Positions 1 to 12,690 of a DNA stretch of 64,000 nucleotides are shown in pieces. The stretch is taken from the NCBI GenBank assembly GCA_013239625.1, contig MU053559.1, positions 1,967,205 through 2,031,204 on the forward strand, written 5' to 3'. The notes under the pieces were generated by a model. That model was not told where the DNA came from. It searched no databases and was given only the letters and a program-made list of their open reading frames with translations. The translations under genes and the position numbers were made by a program. Within the stretch, counting starts at the first letter, position 1. Each line of letters opens with the position of its first letter. Source of the DNA: Lama guanicoe. Lineage: Eukaryota.

Positions 1-2590
1 TTGATGAAGTCTAGTTTAACAATTTTTTTTTCTTTTATGGATCATGTTTTTTTGGGATTGTATCTCAGACATCTTTATAGAACCTAAGGTCTTAACATTT
101 TTCTCCTAAAATTGTTTATAGTTTTAGCTCTAACATTTAGGTCCATAGTTCATTTTGAATTAATTTTTGTATATAGTGTTAGGTAAGACGTTCATCTGTT
201 GTTTTATAAATGGCCACATCGTGTACCAGGACCATTTGTTGGAAAGACTCGTCTTTCTCAATGAATTTTCTTGGTATCTTGTTGAAAACCAATTGATCAT
301 AATTATAAGAGTGTAATTCTGGACTTTCACTTCTGCTCTGTTGATCTATGTCTACCCTTAATGTAGTACCATACTGTCTTCATTGCTGTAGCTTCATAGT
401 AAGGTTTTTAAATTTTAAAATGAAAGTCTGCCAAATTTCTTTTAAAGTAATTTTTTAGGTATTCTGGAGCTTTTGGTTTTTCGTATAAATTTTGGAATAA
501 TTTTATCCATTACAGAGAGAGACACACACACATTGCTGGAATTTTGATGAGAATTGCACTGATGAATTTTAGAAGAATTGCCACTTCAACAATATGGAGT
601 CTTGGAATCCATGAACATGGAACATCTCTCTGTTTATTTAGATTTTCTTTAATTTGCCTCAGCAATGTTTTACAACTTTTATTGTACTTGTCTTGCAACT
701 CTTTTGTTACGTCTATTCCTAAATTTTTATTATTTTTATGATATTAAGAATGGAATTGTTTTCTTAATTTCACTTTTAGATCATTTATTCCTCATGTATA
801 TAAACATACAGTTGATTTTCATACTTTGGTACTGTATCCTGCAACCTTGTTTTTCACATAGTATTTTGGGAATTCCTTAGGATTTTCTATCCATAGAGTT
901 CTGTCATCTGTGAAGTTTTACTTCTTCTTTTCTACCTTAATGCTTTCTACTTCTTTTTCTTACTTGATTGCACTGGCCAGACCCCAACTGCAAATGTTAA
1001 ATAGAAGTGGTGAGATGGACATCCTTTCTTTGTTCCTGATCTTAGGAGGAAAGCATTCAGTCTTTCATCATGAAATATGAAATAGAGTTTTCATAGTTAC
1101 CCTTTCTGAGCTTGAGGAAGTTCCTTTCTATTGTAAATTTGTTGAGAGGTTTTTTTTTTTATCATGAATGGGTATTGAATTTTGTGAAATGCCTGTTCTG
1201 TATCTATTGAGATGATCTTGTAGTGTTTGCCCTTTATTCTCTTAATATGGTTTGCTACATAAATTTTTTTGGTTTTAAACCAACCTTGCATTCCTGGGAT
1301 AAATCCCACTTGGTAGTGGCATATAATCCTTTCTATATTTAACTAGGTTTGGTTTCCTGATATTTTCTTGAGGACTATAGTGTCTATATTCATGAGGGAT
1401 GTTGGTCTCTAATTTTCTTTTCCTGGGATGTCTTTGTCTGGTTTTGGTATCATGGTAATACTGCGTCATAGAAGGAGTTGGGAATTATTCTCTCCTCCTA
1501 CATTTTCTAAAAGTTTGTGTAGGATTGGGATTACTTCATTTTTAAATGTTTGATAGAATTTACCATTGAATCCATCTGGTCCTGGGTTTTACTTTGTGGG
1601 AAGATTTTAAATTACCAGTTGTTTTTCTGTACTTATTATAGGTCTATTCAGATTTTCTGTTTGCTTTTCAGTCAGTTTTTCTAATTTGCGTCCTTCTAGG
1701 TATTTGTGCATTTCATCTAAACTGTCTAATTTGTTGTCATAAAGTTGTTCATATTATTCCCTTGTAATTCTTCTATGTTCTGTAAGGTGAGTAGTAATGT
1801 CTCTTCTTTTTCATCTTGATTTTGGTGTTCTGTGTCTTTTCTCTTTTTTCTTGGTCAGTTCAGCTAAAGGTTTATCAGTTTTGTTATCTTTTCAGAGAAT
1901 TAACTTTGGTTTAGCTGATTTTTCTATACTGATTTTCTGTTTTGTATTTCATTGATTTCCACTCTAATTTTGATTTTCTTTCTTCTTGCCTTCTTTTTAA
2001 TTAGCTCTTCTTTTGGAGGGGGATTGATAAAGTGAACTCTTACCATATTGATTTGAGATCTTTCTTCTTTTCTATTATAACTGTTTATGGATATAAACTC
2101 CCCTTTTAGCATTGCTTTAGCTGCATGCCACCTATTTTTATATGGTGTGATTTCGTTTTCATGCAGTTCAAAAATATTTTTCCTTGTAATTTCTTCTTTG
2201 ACCCATGGGTAATTTAGAAAAGTGATATCTAGTTACTAAATATTTGTGGATTTTCCATTTTTTCTGTTTTTAATTTCTATTTAAATTCCATTGTATTTCA
2301 GAGAATATGCTTTAAATTATTTCAATCTTTTTCAATGTGTTGGTGCTAGTTTTATTGCTTAGAATGTGGTTTATCCTGCAGAAAGTTCTATGTGTACTTG
2401 AATGCATATGCTGTTGTTTAGTGATGTGTTCTATTGATGCCAGTTAGGTCAAGTTGTTTGATAGTGTTGTAAGGCACAGCAAATCTTATATATCCTTGCT
2501 GATTTTCTGTCTAGTTGTTCTCTCAGTTTTGGGGAGTCAAAGATTGAAGTCTTCAAATTTATTGTTGAATCGTATGTTTCTTCATGTTTG
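1..2590 (-). mobile_element. Old L1 (L1M) ORF2 fragment, decayed
   Basis: Minus-strand ORFs carry L1 ORF2 motifs: [10 protein letters not shown]...[20 protein letters not shown] (RT, 1097-1309), KTLLRQIKENLNKQRDVPCSWI (510-698), LKGEFISINSY..KEERSQIN (1924-2112); many stops and frameshifts. Confidence 0.93.
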
Positions 2591-2596
2591 TATCAT

Positions 2597-2736
2597 GTGT
2601 GTAGGCATAAATATGACTCCCCAAAGACATACAACTTATAATCCTTAGAATCCTTCAATATGTTATGTTACATGGCAAAAGAGAATTAAAGTTGCAGATG
2701 GAATTAAGATTACTAAGCAGCTGACCTTTAGAATAG
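2597..2736 (+). mobile_element. MaLR MLT1-family LTR, 5' fragment
   Basis: tatgttacatggcaaaagagaattaaagttgcagatggaattaagattactaagcagctgacctt resembles the recalled MLT1 U3 consensus. Confidence 0.7.
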
Positions 2737-3057
2737 CTGAAGTAGCTCTTAGTTTAAAATGAATCATTATTCCTTTCTGCCTACAAAACCACGCAACCAA
2801 TACCAATATAGAATTAGAAAACCACGTGCTGTCTTTACAGAGTAAGGGGACAAGATCCAGTATCCCATTCATTATGTCAAGTAGAAAAATTTGGGCTCTT
2901 CTTCAACCTTTTGTGTGTCAGTGAGCAAATGACTTAATTTCACTGAGCTTCAATTTTGTATCTTTAAAATATTTTATACCTCTTGCAGGATAATATATAT
3001 TAAATGCTGAGTGCCTCCAACAGATGTTAAGAAATAGAAAATAATCTAAAACTCATT

Positions 3058-3342
3058 ACACACAGATATAGAAAACAAACTTATGGTTACCAGAGGGAAA
3101 GAGGGTGGGAAGGGATAAATTGGGAGTTTGGGATTTGCAGATACTAACTACTATATATAAAATAGATACACAACAAGTTTCTTCTGTATAGCACAGGGAA
3201 CTATATTCAATATCTTGTCATAACCTATAATGAAAAAGAACATGAAAACGAATATATGAACGTATATGTATGACTGAACTATTAGGCTGTACACCAGAAA
3301 TTGACACAACATTGTAAACTGACTACACTTCAATTAAAAAAA
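3058..3342 (+). mobile_element. Young camelid L1 3' end (5'-truncated)
   Basis: 3' UTR shared with many copies in the window (gggtgggaagggataaattgggagttt...gactacacttcaattaaaaaaaa); A-tail; imperfect flanking repeat aa[a/g]actcat. Confidence 0.9.
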
Positions 3343-3914
3343 TAAGACTCATGCAATGAAAGGTAGTGTGTTTGGAACATTCACTGCCTGGGCACCGGGA
3401 GGCAGCAACTCTGTTTCACAAAAATGCTAAGGGTCCAACACAGAGAAAAGCTTGAGCTTGCTTTACATCTCACAACACATGACATTCATGACCAATTCTG
3501 ATTTTCCTTCACATTCTATCCGTTTAGCTCCACGGGAGACCTGCCTCACTCAGGCATCTGAAAACCTTTTTGCTGCCACGGTGAAGCAGAAACTCCACCC
3601 CACCCAACTCTTCATCATTAACCTTGGAAAATGTAAGATGATAGTACCCCAGCTTTTTTTTCTGTGACTTTAATACGGAGAGTGAGCCCCTCAGAGAATC
3701 CAGCTACCACCTCCTTTTTCTAAGCCCCTCTATGTGTTCTTAATTTGGATTTGTTACTGTCAGCCTACTCTCCAGCACCTTCCCCACCTCACTGTACCCC
3801 TGCTAACACACACCCACTCACACAATTTACACCCACATAATGACTCCAAACATAAAATGTAGGCTTGTGAAGTAGCAGACTTTTTGAGAACCACAAATGC
3901 AGATATCAAGGCAA

Positions 3915-5295
3915 TTACCGGTTACATAAATTGCAGGGCCCAGTGCAAAAGAAAAATGTGGGGCCCCTTGTTCAAAAAGCGGGAACAAGTGCCATGAAAG
4001 GTACTAAATGGTATTAATTTGTCCTTTCCTCCATGATCTCTCTCTTGACTTGTCATGAGTTTTTAAATTTGCTATTTTATGTCACTCAAAATAAAGACAA
4101 ATTAAAATTTTGAATTCTTAGCATGAATTTTCCTATTCATCTTTATATTGCCTAATGCTACTTTTAAATGTAAACCTAAGGGTATAACCTGTATGCAGAA
4201 TTGCCAAAATTACACAATTAGGATTTTATAGCTCATATGTGCACATTTATTTCATTCTTAGCAGAATAGTGGAAATACTGCACAAAATGAAGCCAAATGT
4301 TTTTTAAAGCTTTTTTATTGAAGTGTAGTTTCTTTACAATGTTAGTTTCAGGTGTACAGCAAAGTGATTCAGTTATACATATACATCCATATATATATTT
4401 TTTCTTTTCAGATTCTTTTCCATTACATGTTATTACAAGAAATCGAATATAGTTCCCTGTGCTATACAGTAGGTCCTTGTTGTTTATCAATTTTATGTAC
4501 AGTAACGTGTGTCTGTTAATCCCCAACCCCTAATTTATCCCTCTCTGCCCTTTCCCCTTTGGTAACCAGAGTTTATTTTCTACGTCTGTGAGTCTGTTTT
4601 TGGTTTGTAAATAGAATTTATATCATTTTTAAAAATTCCACATCTAGATGATGTCATATGATATTTGTCTTTCTCTGTCTGACTTATGAAGCCAAATATT
4701 TTTATTTCAATTCTTGATACGGTCACACTCTGCCTTCAGCTTACTGATGAGTAAGGAAATACTGAAAAGAAGAGAACTGTGGGTTGCTTTGTCTTCTGTG
4801 TCATCATTTTCAAAGAAACTGGTTGGCCAAAGCAGCAAGAGTAAGAAAGGATACAATAGGGTCCCTTGGTTGGTTGTGCTTCTTAGAACACCACTGCCAT
4901 CTTAGCAAGTTCTAGTTCAAATGGTAAATGTGGCTTCTGCAGGCTGTCAGTGCCCCTACTTACTCAGTCATTGACATAGCACGCTTCCCTTGTGCTCACT
5001 TCTAGTGTCACTGAACTCTTGATGGACCCACTGGAAATCTGTGCTCATGAGATCCCATGACTGTTACATGTGAATTGGGTGACAAGGAACAGTGGACACG
5101 TATGTGGCCCAGATCATCTCTGCTCACACTGATGCTCATGTTCTATCAGATTTCCTTTATGAAACACAAGTTTGAAGATAAAATTATTAAGAATTTCAAG
5201 ACAATGACAGCACAACATTAAACCAAGCACAAGACTCTTCTGAATGTGGGGCCCTGTATAACTGCACAAGCTGTACACCCGTGGAGTTGGCCCTA
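3915..5295 (-). mobile_element. hAT-Tip100 MITE, MER45B-like (~1 kb), split by an L1 insertion
   Basis: Both ends match recalled MER45 termini (cagggcccagtgcaaaa..aaaatgtggggcccc at 3934; minus-strand agggccaactccacgggtgt...cagggccccacattcagaag...cttgaaattcttaataattt at 5180-5295). Confidence 0.75.
4305..4685 (-). mobile_element. Young L1 3' end inserted in the MER45-like element
   Basis: T-rich tail plus L1 3' UTR; TSD ATGAAGCCAAAT at 4287-4298 and 4686-4697. Confidence 0.9.
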
Positions 5296-5369
5296 AGGAA
5301 ATCTTTTCATTCAACTTCCTCCCCTTTGGCAGGCATGTCAGCTTTTCTGCTTATTTCCTCTCTGAATCA

Positions 5370-6208
5370 TTTTTTAAACTTTTAAAAAAAATTGAAGTAT
5401 AATCAATTACAATGTGTCAATTTCTGGTGTATGGCATCATGTTTCAGTCATACATATACACACATATATTTGTTTTCATATTCTTTTTCATTATGGGTTA
5501 CTACAAGATATTGAATCTAGTTCCCTGTGCTATACAGAAGAAACTTGGTTTTTTAATCTATTTTATATATAGTAATTAATATTTGCAAATCTTAAACTCC
5601 CAATTTATCCCTTCCCACCCCCTTCCCCCCGATAACCATAAATTGTTTCCTACATCTGTGAGTCTGTTTATGTTTTGTAGATGAATTCATTAGTGTCTAT
5701 TTTTTCTTTTTTCTTTTTAATAGATTCCACATATGAGTGATATCATATGGTATTTTTCTTTCTCTTTCTGGCTCACTTCACTTAGAATGACTATCTCTAG
5801 ATCCATCCATGTTGCTGCAAATGGCATTATTTTATTCTTTTTTATGGCTGAGTAGTATTCCATTAGTATAAATATACCACAACTTCTTTATCCAATCCTC
5901 TGTCGATGGGCATTTAGGTTTTTTCCATGTCTTGGTTATTGTATACAGTGCTGCTATGAACATTGTGGTGCATGTATCTTTTCAAATTAGAGTTCCCTCC
6001 AGATATATGCCCAGGAGTGGGATTGCTGGGTCATATGGTAAGTCTACAATGAGGTATCACCTCACATCAGTCGGAATGGCCATCATTAAAAAGTCTATAA
6101 ATGATAAATGTTGGAGAGGGTGTGGAGAAAAGGGAACCCTCCTACACTGTTGATGGGAATGTAGTTTGGTGCAACTATTATGGAAAACAGAATGGAAATT
6201 CCTTAAAA
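5370..6208 (-). mobile_element. Young camelid L1 with 5' inversion (twin priming)
   Basis: 5370-6046 is an antisense L1 3' end; 6044-6208 is a sense ORF2 C-terminal segment ([32 protein letters not shown]). Confidence 0.88.
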
Positions 6209-6479
6209 GTATTTGCTGAGTACTGAAATATCACTGTAGGCATTGAGGAGGGAGAAGAAACAAACTCCAGAAGTTAGTAACTCAAGGTTACTGTAACTGA
6301 CATAATTTTGGGAGACTCTGGGTCAAAATGATTCCCCACTGGCCAGATCTCAGCTCTTCTTGCTATGTTTCTTATGTGAGACTCTATATATCACTTTGGT
6401 CATGAGGAGGGAAAGGCGGGGTGAATGATCCAGGGATGGGCACATGATCCAACTTTCTTCCCATGACCTTCTTTCTTAG

Positions 6480-6775
6480 CTTTGGATAGAGAAGATCTTC
6501 TTTCTTCTCCAGGGCTGAGGCCATCAGTGTTTGAGTCCAGAACTGCCAGAGGCCATGTTCCCTGGCACAGAAGTAAAGTCCACTGATGGCAGGAGAGGCC
6601 AAAGCCAAAATGTTGAATAAGCAGAGTGCAGGTCCTAAGAAGTTTGAGCTTCTGGAACTGTTTGTCCCTGAGGCCAGCTCACCCGTGGTTAAGTTACCTG
6701 AGTCACTAAGTACTCCATCTCCCCTACTTCATTTTGAGCTCATTTGAGTTGGGTTTCTGGCACCTGCATATGAAA
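6480..6775 (+). mobile_element. MaLR MLT1 (J/K-like) LTR fragment
   Basis: 3' motif tttgagttgggtttctggcacctgca typical of old MLT1 U5. Confidence 0.55.
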
Positions 6776-6919
6776 AAAAAGAAAAAAAACTGGAGAGACA
6801 AGACTGTGATTAGAAGCCCAGTCTTCCACCATAGTCCACATCTGCCTCTTTCATACCTGGTCCTAGTGACAGACCAGGATGACTCCTTGTCTCCAAAAGG
6901 ACAGGCGAAAAACACACTT

Positions 6920-7090
6920 CCCTGTTTTTGTAAATAAAGTTTTATCGGAAAACAGCCTTGTCCCCTCATTTTGTCTTGTTGGTACTTTGGGGCTACAGTG
7001 GTAGAATTGAATGGTTGTGACAGGGACCAGATGACAAAAACTTAAACTATTTACTATTGGGCCTTTACAGAAAATGTTGGCTGACTCCTG
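6920..7090 (+). mobile_element. hAT-Charlie MITE, MER58A-like
   Basis: cctgtttttgtaaataaagttttatcggaaaacagcc...tatttactattgggcctttacagaaaatgttggctgactcctg. Confidence 0.8.
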
Positions 7091-7117
7091 ATTTAGAAGA
7101 TACTGGTGGAGGGAGTG

Positions 7118-7480
7118 GTAGTGGATGCTGCTGGCGCCTCACCCAGATACCTTTTTCCTGCCTTTGCACTCATAGCCCAGCTGCTGTGACTGTTGGCTGA
7201 TAACTTACAGGATGCCTGCTTCTCTCTCTGCTCTTTCTCTGGAGAAAATTGCCCAGCAATCTCCATGCCCTTCCGCCTACTGCAGACCTTGGCTGATAAC
7301 CGACTGATACAGAAGGAGGATTAGTGCTCCAGAGCGCCCCTGTGGGATCAGGCTGAAGCCAGACACCGGCTTAGATCCCGTTCTGCTGGTTGCATCCCCA
7401 GCCTAAAGTCCTTCCTCAGTACATCACTTCAACAGGAATTCCTGTGTCAGACACTGTTTCTAGGGACCCTACCAAAGACA
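7118..7480 (+). mobile_element. ERVL LTR16-like solo LTR
   Basis: Starts gtagtggatgctgctggcgcctcacccagat, contains cccagctgctgtgactgttggctga, ends tttctagggaccctaccaaagaca. Confidence 0.7.
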
Positions 7481-7909
7481 GGCGGGCGAAGGATCGTTTT
7501 TGCAGGCATGGCCTAGTCTTGGAAGCACACTTCATGGAGACTCTGGTACTGACCTTTCTAGTGTTCCTGAATAGGTGACCTGGATCAGGGAAATTACCCC
7601 CACGTGTCTGTCTAATGCACTTTTTCTTTTGCCCCTACCTTCCCCTGCATGTCAAAGCCCCTTCTTAACACAAGATACTTCAAAATTAAATTTAGAAAGA
7701 AAAAAAAGTGCCTTTCTAGCATTGGAACCAGAACAAATATAAAGAGGACAGGGTATGGGGTTATAGCTGCATCAGTGGCTTCAAGGAGAAAGCCTGCTGT
7801 TTTGACTGAAGTCATTGAGCAGCTGGGGAGTTAAACCTCTCAGGTTCTAGCTTTCCTTCTTACCTTTGACCTTTCTCACCCTTACACAAAACTTCAAGAC
7901 TTTGAACTT

Positions 7910-8330
7910 CTTTTTTTAAATTCTTTTCCCCATTTTTAAATTGAAGTATAGTCAGGTTACAATTTTGTGTCAATTTCTGGCGTGCAGCATAATATTTCAG
8001 TCGTACATATACATACATATATTTGTTTTCATATTCTTTTTCATTATAGGTTACTATAAGATAGTGAATATAGTTCCCTGTGCTACATTCAGTAGAAACT
8101 TGTTGTTTATCTGTTTTATATGTAGTAGCTAGTATCTGCAAATATTGAACTCCCAGTTTATCCCTTCCCACCCCGTTCCCTGCCTCCCGGTAACTATGTT
8201 TGTTTTCTATGTCTGTGAATCTCTTTCTGTTTTGTAAATAAGTTCATTTGTGTCATCTTTTTTTAAAGATTCCACATATAACTGATATCATGTGATATTT
8301 TTCTTTCTCTTTCTGGCTTCCTTCACTTAG
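7910..8330 (-). mobile_element. Young camelid L1 3' end
   Basis: Same 3' UTR as the 3058 and 5370 copies, antisense, with T-rich tail. Confidence 0.9.
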
Positions 8331-9176
8331 TATTGATCAGATATTCAGAACCTGTGAATGGTAGATTCAGCCATTTCTGGGAGAACACCTTGCTGAGCAA
8401 AGAAATATAGGAGTAAAGCTAAGTTTACCAGCTTTAAATTTATTCACTGCTTGGTGTTAGTCATTTTTGTATTCACTGAGGCTGGCCCAGAGTAGCTGCT
8501 TAAGGCTTGCTTGCCCATGAGTCAGCCTGTGCCCTACTGCTGGGCAGGGAAATGCAAGACTGTGTGAACCTCTTAGGATTGTAGCCTCTGGGAAGCGGGA
8601 AGAGATCAGACTAGCTTGTTTCCTCATAGACACAGGTGTTCCTCGGCTCTGAACTTGGCCGCTGGCTTGTGTGTGAATTCCATGTGCAGGAGCGGCCAGT
8701 GCCTCCGGGCGGGGCAGAGGTGTGGCTGGGCAGAGTTCAGGAATGCATTGTTCCAGCCTCCCTTTCCCTGGCTGGCTGCAGTTCCAGTCGTAGAAAACCT
8801 GCCCATGAGGGATTTGCTTTTGCTGCTACTACAGTGGCCAAAGGACTCTTGCTGTATTTGGGAGGGCCATTGCCAAGGGCCTACTGGATGCAAAGCCCAG
8901 ACTCAAACTCGAGTTTCGCAAAGTGGTTAAAGGAGTAATGTCCTCAGTGGGTCTTGCCCTAAAGGAACCCAGGTTATTGCTTCCTACTGAGTGTAAATAA
9001 TTAAAACAGACCCCAGTTTTTCTTGCTTAGACTTTTGCCTTCTTTCCTCTTGTCCTCCGTCTTCTCGCTTGCCCTTTCTTTTCTATTTTCGGCTCCCCTG
9101 AAACTTAACAGGCATTAGACAGCTTACAGACAACCATCAAGGCTTGCAAAGCACTCTCGAAGGACCTATTGTCAGC

Positions 9177-9456
9177 TGTCAAAATGAGACTGCACTAGCA
9201 ATCTGAGAAAGAGGCATGGAAACCAACCTATCCTGAGCTTTCCAACAGCAGATTTTGCAGCAGTCACATGTAAAGAACACTGCGACTTGGGACAAGACCA
9301 GAGTCACTGATTCGTCTCTTTTCCTTGTTCTCTAGCAACTCTGATCCTACTTCAGTTCAGAGAGTTATCTAATTTTGAGATGCTCCCTCATGTGCATCAG
9401 CAGAATAAAGCCTTCAGCCTCTATTTGGGTCACTTAAATTTTTGATTTTCTTGACA
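9177..9456 (+). mobile_element. 5' LTR of a class I (ERV1) provirus
   Basis: Inverted termini TGTCAA...TTGACA, AATAAA at 9404-9409, followed by a PBS; 5' boundary less certain. Confidence 0.65.
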
Positions 9457-9459
9457 GTT

Positions 9460-9477
9460 TGTTGCCCTGACTTGGAC
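9460..9477 (+). promoter_or_regulatory. Primer-binding site, tRNA-His-like
   Basis: TGTTGCCCTGACTTGGAC vs His PBS TGGTGCCGTGACTCGGAT (14/18), 3 nt after the LTR end CA. Confidence 0.65.
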
Positions 9478-9778
9478 AGAGTCCAGGTGAGCCCTGGATC
9501 CTGCTGAGGTTTCAGAGAGGGATGGAAGCTGCCAAGGAACCCTTGCTCCCTTCTTGGTGATGGCTATTGGGTTCAGAGATGAGTCCTCCTCCAATCTTGT
9601 GCTCCAGTTTTACCCCGTTGTGTGGAGTTTTCACACTTGGAATCTAAGGGTTAACCTATTGTCTGACAAGTCACTGCATCGATTTTCTTTTTTTCTTTTG
9701 GGATTCTCTGGGCAAGCAGAGAATTAGATGATGGTCCTAAGGCCCTTCTCCCTCCTTCTGTCTAGGACCACTTTTACT

Positions 9779-10900
9779 ATGGGAAACACCATCTACCCAA
9801 CCCCCAGGCACCCTCATAGGGCATACGTTCTGCCATTATGATCTTAACTGTTAAAGTTCCAAGTGGTGGGACCTCAGGAAAGACCATGTTGAACTCCCTT
9901 GGGGGCTCTTGGGACAAGTCAAGACTTGTATGTTTGCATGGTACCTTAGAACAACCACAACAAAAATAACTCATTTCAAATGGACATTTTTCTTTAATAT
10001 GTAAGAAGGAAGCTACTGGAAAAAGGAACAGTTTAGGCAGACTTCAATTTATGGAGGTGTTTCTTGAACAACGTCAGCCTTCTCCCTCCACAGACACTGC
10101 TTCCTCTTCGTCTGGGTGTTTCTGCCTCTGGTAACCCCAATGCTCTCTGGTCTCCCTCTTTTCCTGATACTGGCCCTCCCTTCTGTCTCTCTCCTTCTCC
10201 TCCTGCCCTTCGTCAGCTCCCTCTCCCCTTTAGACCCAGACCCTCACCTGCTCCCTCCCAAGAAGGCCCTGACCCAACTCCCAACACATCAATCACAATT
10301 TATCTTCAATCCCTGGTCTTTGGCTGACCTTCACACCATAGTCAAAGATTTCCCAAATCCTCAAAAGGATAGAAAGAATTGCATTGAGTAATTCAGGATA
10401 ATTTGAGGGGCTTCTGTTCCTAAGCTCCCCAATTTATATCAGTTACCATACCTTTTAGTAGGACCAAGGGGTGACAGAACCTGGTGGGACGAGGCCAAAT
10501 GTCCACCATAAATGAGGATTTAGCTAATCCTTATACAAATAATACCTCTTCCAGATATGCTAAAACCGTAGAGATAGGAGAAGGTCTTTTAAAAGTAATT
10601 CCTGAAGTTCCCCCCACTTCTCATTGATTGGGGGATAATCTAGTTTTGTCCCCAACTTTAGGGACTGACTAATACCACTCCTGACCCATGATCACCATCT
10701 TTTTTTATTAATAATCTTAAGCCTGAAATATCAGATCTTGTTTAGGATAGAAAATAGGCTGGCAGACCATAGCTCTCCACGAATTACAACACTTAGCCCA
10801 TCACTTTGTGGATAATACGATTTAAAAAAAAAAGAAAGAGGAGATCTTATACCACAAACTTACGGCATTGCAGCTTAAACAGCTTGAGGCAAACAGAGGG
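9779..10900 (+). pseudogene. gag: Decayed ERV1 gag (MA, Pro-rich region, CA)
   Basis: ATG GGA AAC start (MGN); Pro-rich 10100-10290; CA-like FNPWSLADLHTIVKDFPNPQKD..E*FRII*GASVPKLPNLYQLPYLLVGP and FINNLKPEISDLV..IGWQ..LHELQHLAHHF; multiple stops and frameshifts. Confidence 0.8.
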
Positions 10901-12690
10901 CCTTCCAGAAAGATAACACAGTTTCCTGCCTGTCTTGGGATCCTCAACTTCTCACCTTGTTTTTCTCCTCAGTCCTTCCACCCTCCTTCCCTGTTCGCCA
11001 GCCTATTAGGAATGAGACCTTTTGGCTTAATGAGAAGTCACTATTAAGGGCTCACCTGAAGGACTTTTGCTTGATCTCCGTGACTGGGAGACTCAGAACA
11101 CCATCTTATGGTGACTTCCCTTGACTACCCTGCCCTCTTGTCTCCCCAACTCTCTTTCTCCTTAGAATGACCTCAACTTTCTGACTTGCTTTCCTCAGTC
11201 TCTGATGTCCTCTGGGCTTCATTATCTACAAATCTGGGGAAAGGGAAGACAATAGAAACCTTATGAGGTCCCAACAATGCCTCTCCCTAAATTGCCCCAG
11301 GATCTCCTAAAACCCAAAGCACCAGAGGCTGCTACAACACCCTGTTGGAGACCTACTCCTTTCTTGTATCAGTCCTCAAGACACGCCTGTCCTCCACTTT
11401 ATATATGACTCAAGGGCTGTAAATCATATAGTGTGGCCACGTTTCCCTGACTTTATACTTCCATATTCAACATACGTCGTAGTAGTAGATCTGTTCAATC
11501 TACTTTCTTAAAGCTCTTCTGAAGCAGATGATGACACAAAGGAGAAAACCTTTCCCAAGACACTTGGTACCAGCAGATGACCTTGGATAGTGGACAGCTT
11601 TTGCACAAGACGACAGAATGACCCTGTCCCAATTTTATCATTTCCCTTTCTATCCTTAGGCTTGTCTCTCATTTTTTACTTCTAATTTCTGATTGTATAT
11701 GTCTCTGTGGAATAATCTCCCAGTGTTATCCCTACTCTGCTATTTCTTCTCCTTATTTTTTCTCCCCCCTCCCCATTTCCCCCTATTCCTTCCTCAATAC
11801 CCCCAGTTTTGGGCATTTACTGGCTCAGCCTTATACTTTTGAAGCTAAAGTTATCTATGATTGTTGATTCTGTTCATCTTTCCCCATCAGTTTCATCGAC
11901 TTTTTATTTTTTTTATTTAAAAAAATTATTCATTTTTAACTGAAATATAGTCAGCTTACAATGTTGTGCCAGTTTCTGGTGTACAGCATGATGTTTCAGT
12001 CATACATATACATACATGTATTCCTTTTCATATTCTTTTTCATTATGAGTTACCACGAGGTATTGAATATAGTTCCCTGGCTACACAGTAAGAACTTTAC
12101 CCAGTGTCCAGGGCCCAGGCAGGGTCTTCAGGATGGAAGGACCACTGACCTCAGGGCCACCTCTGTCCTGCTCTGGCCTCCACCCTCTGACTGTCTTGTC
12201 TTGACCCTCCCCCCCCCTCCCCCCCCCCTCCCCCGGTAACCATAAATTTGTTTTCTATGTCTGTGAGTCTCTCTCTGTTTTGTAAATAGTTTCATTTGTG
12301 TCTTTTTTTTTTTGATTCTACGTATAAGTGATATCAAATGGTATTTTTCTTTCTCTTTCTGGCTTAGTTCACTTAGAATGACATTCTCCAGGTCCATCCA
12401 TGTTGCTGCAAATGGCATTATTTTATGCTTTTTTATGGCTCAGTATATTCCATTGTATATATAAACCACAACTTCTTTATCCAGTCATCTGTCATTACCT
12501 TTTTAGAAGTAACCGTTTCCTACCCCGAGGGAAATCTGTCTGCCATTACTGCAGCCATTCGGGACAAGTTCCCACCCAAACTGGGTCTCCAACAAATCTC
12601 CAAGATTAGCACACCCTACCTAGTATACTCTCTGAAGAGGGGGAGCCTGTTTTTCTTGAAAGGAAACATTTGTTTCTAATCCTCAATTTA
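10900..12690 (+). mobile_element. ERV1 internal remnant (heavily deleted pol, possible env start), interrupted by L1
   Basis: Short RT-start-like pieces (VSDVLWAS near 11200; LPKLPQDLLKPKA near 11282); non-L1 sequence resumes after 12495; no 3' LTR seen. Confidence 0.5.
11900..12492 (-). mobile_element. Young camelid L1 3' end with internal foreign segment
   Basis: ORF2 C-terminus MPFAATWMDLENVILSELSQKEKEKYH plus 3' UTR; 12097-12203 does not match sibling copies. Confidence 0.88.
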
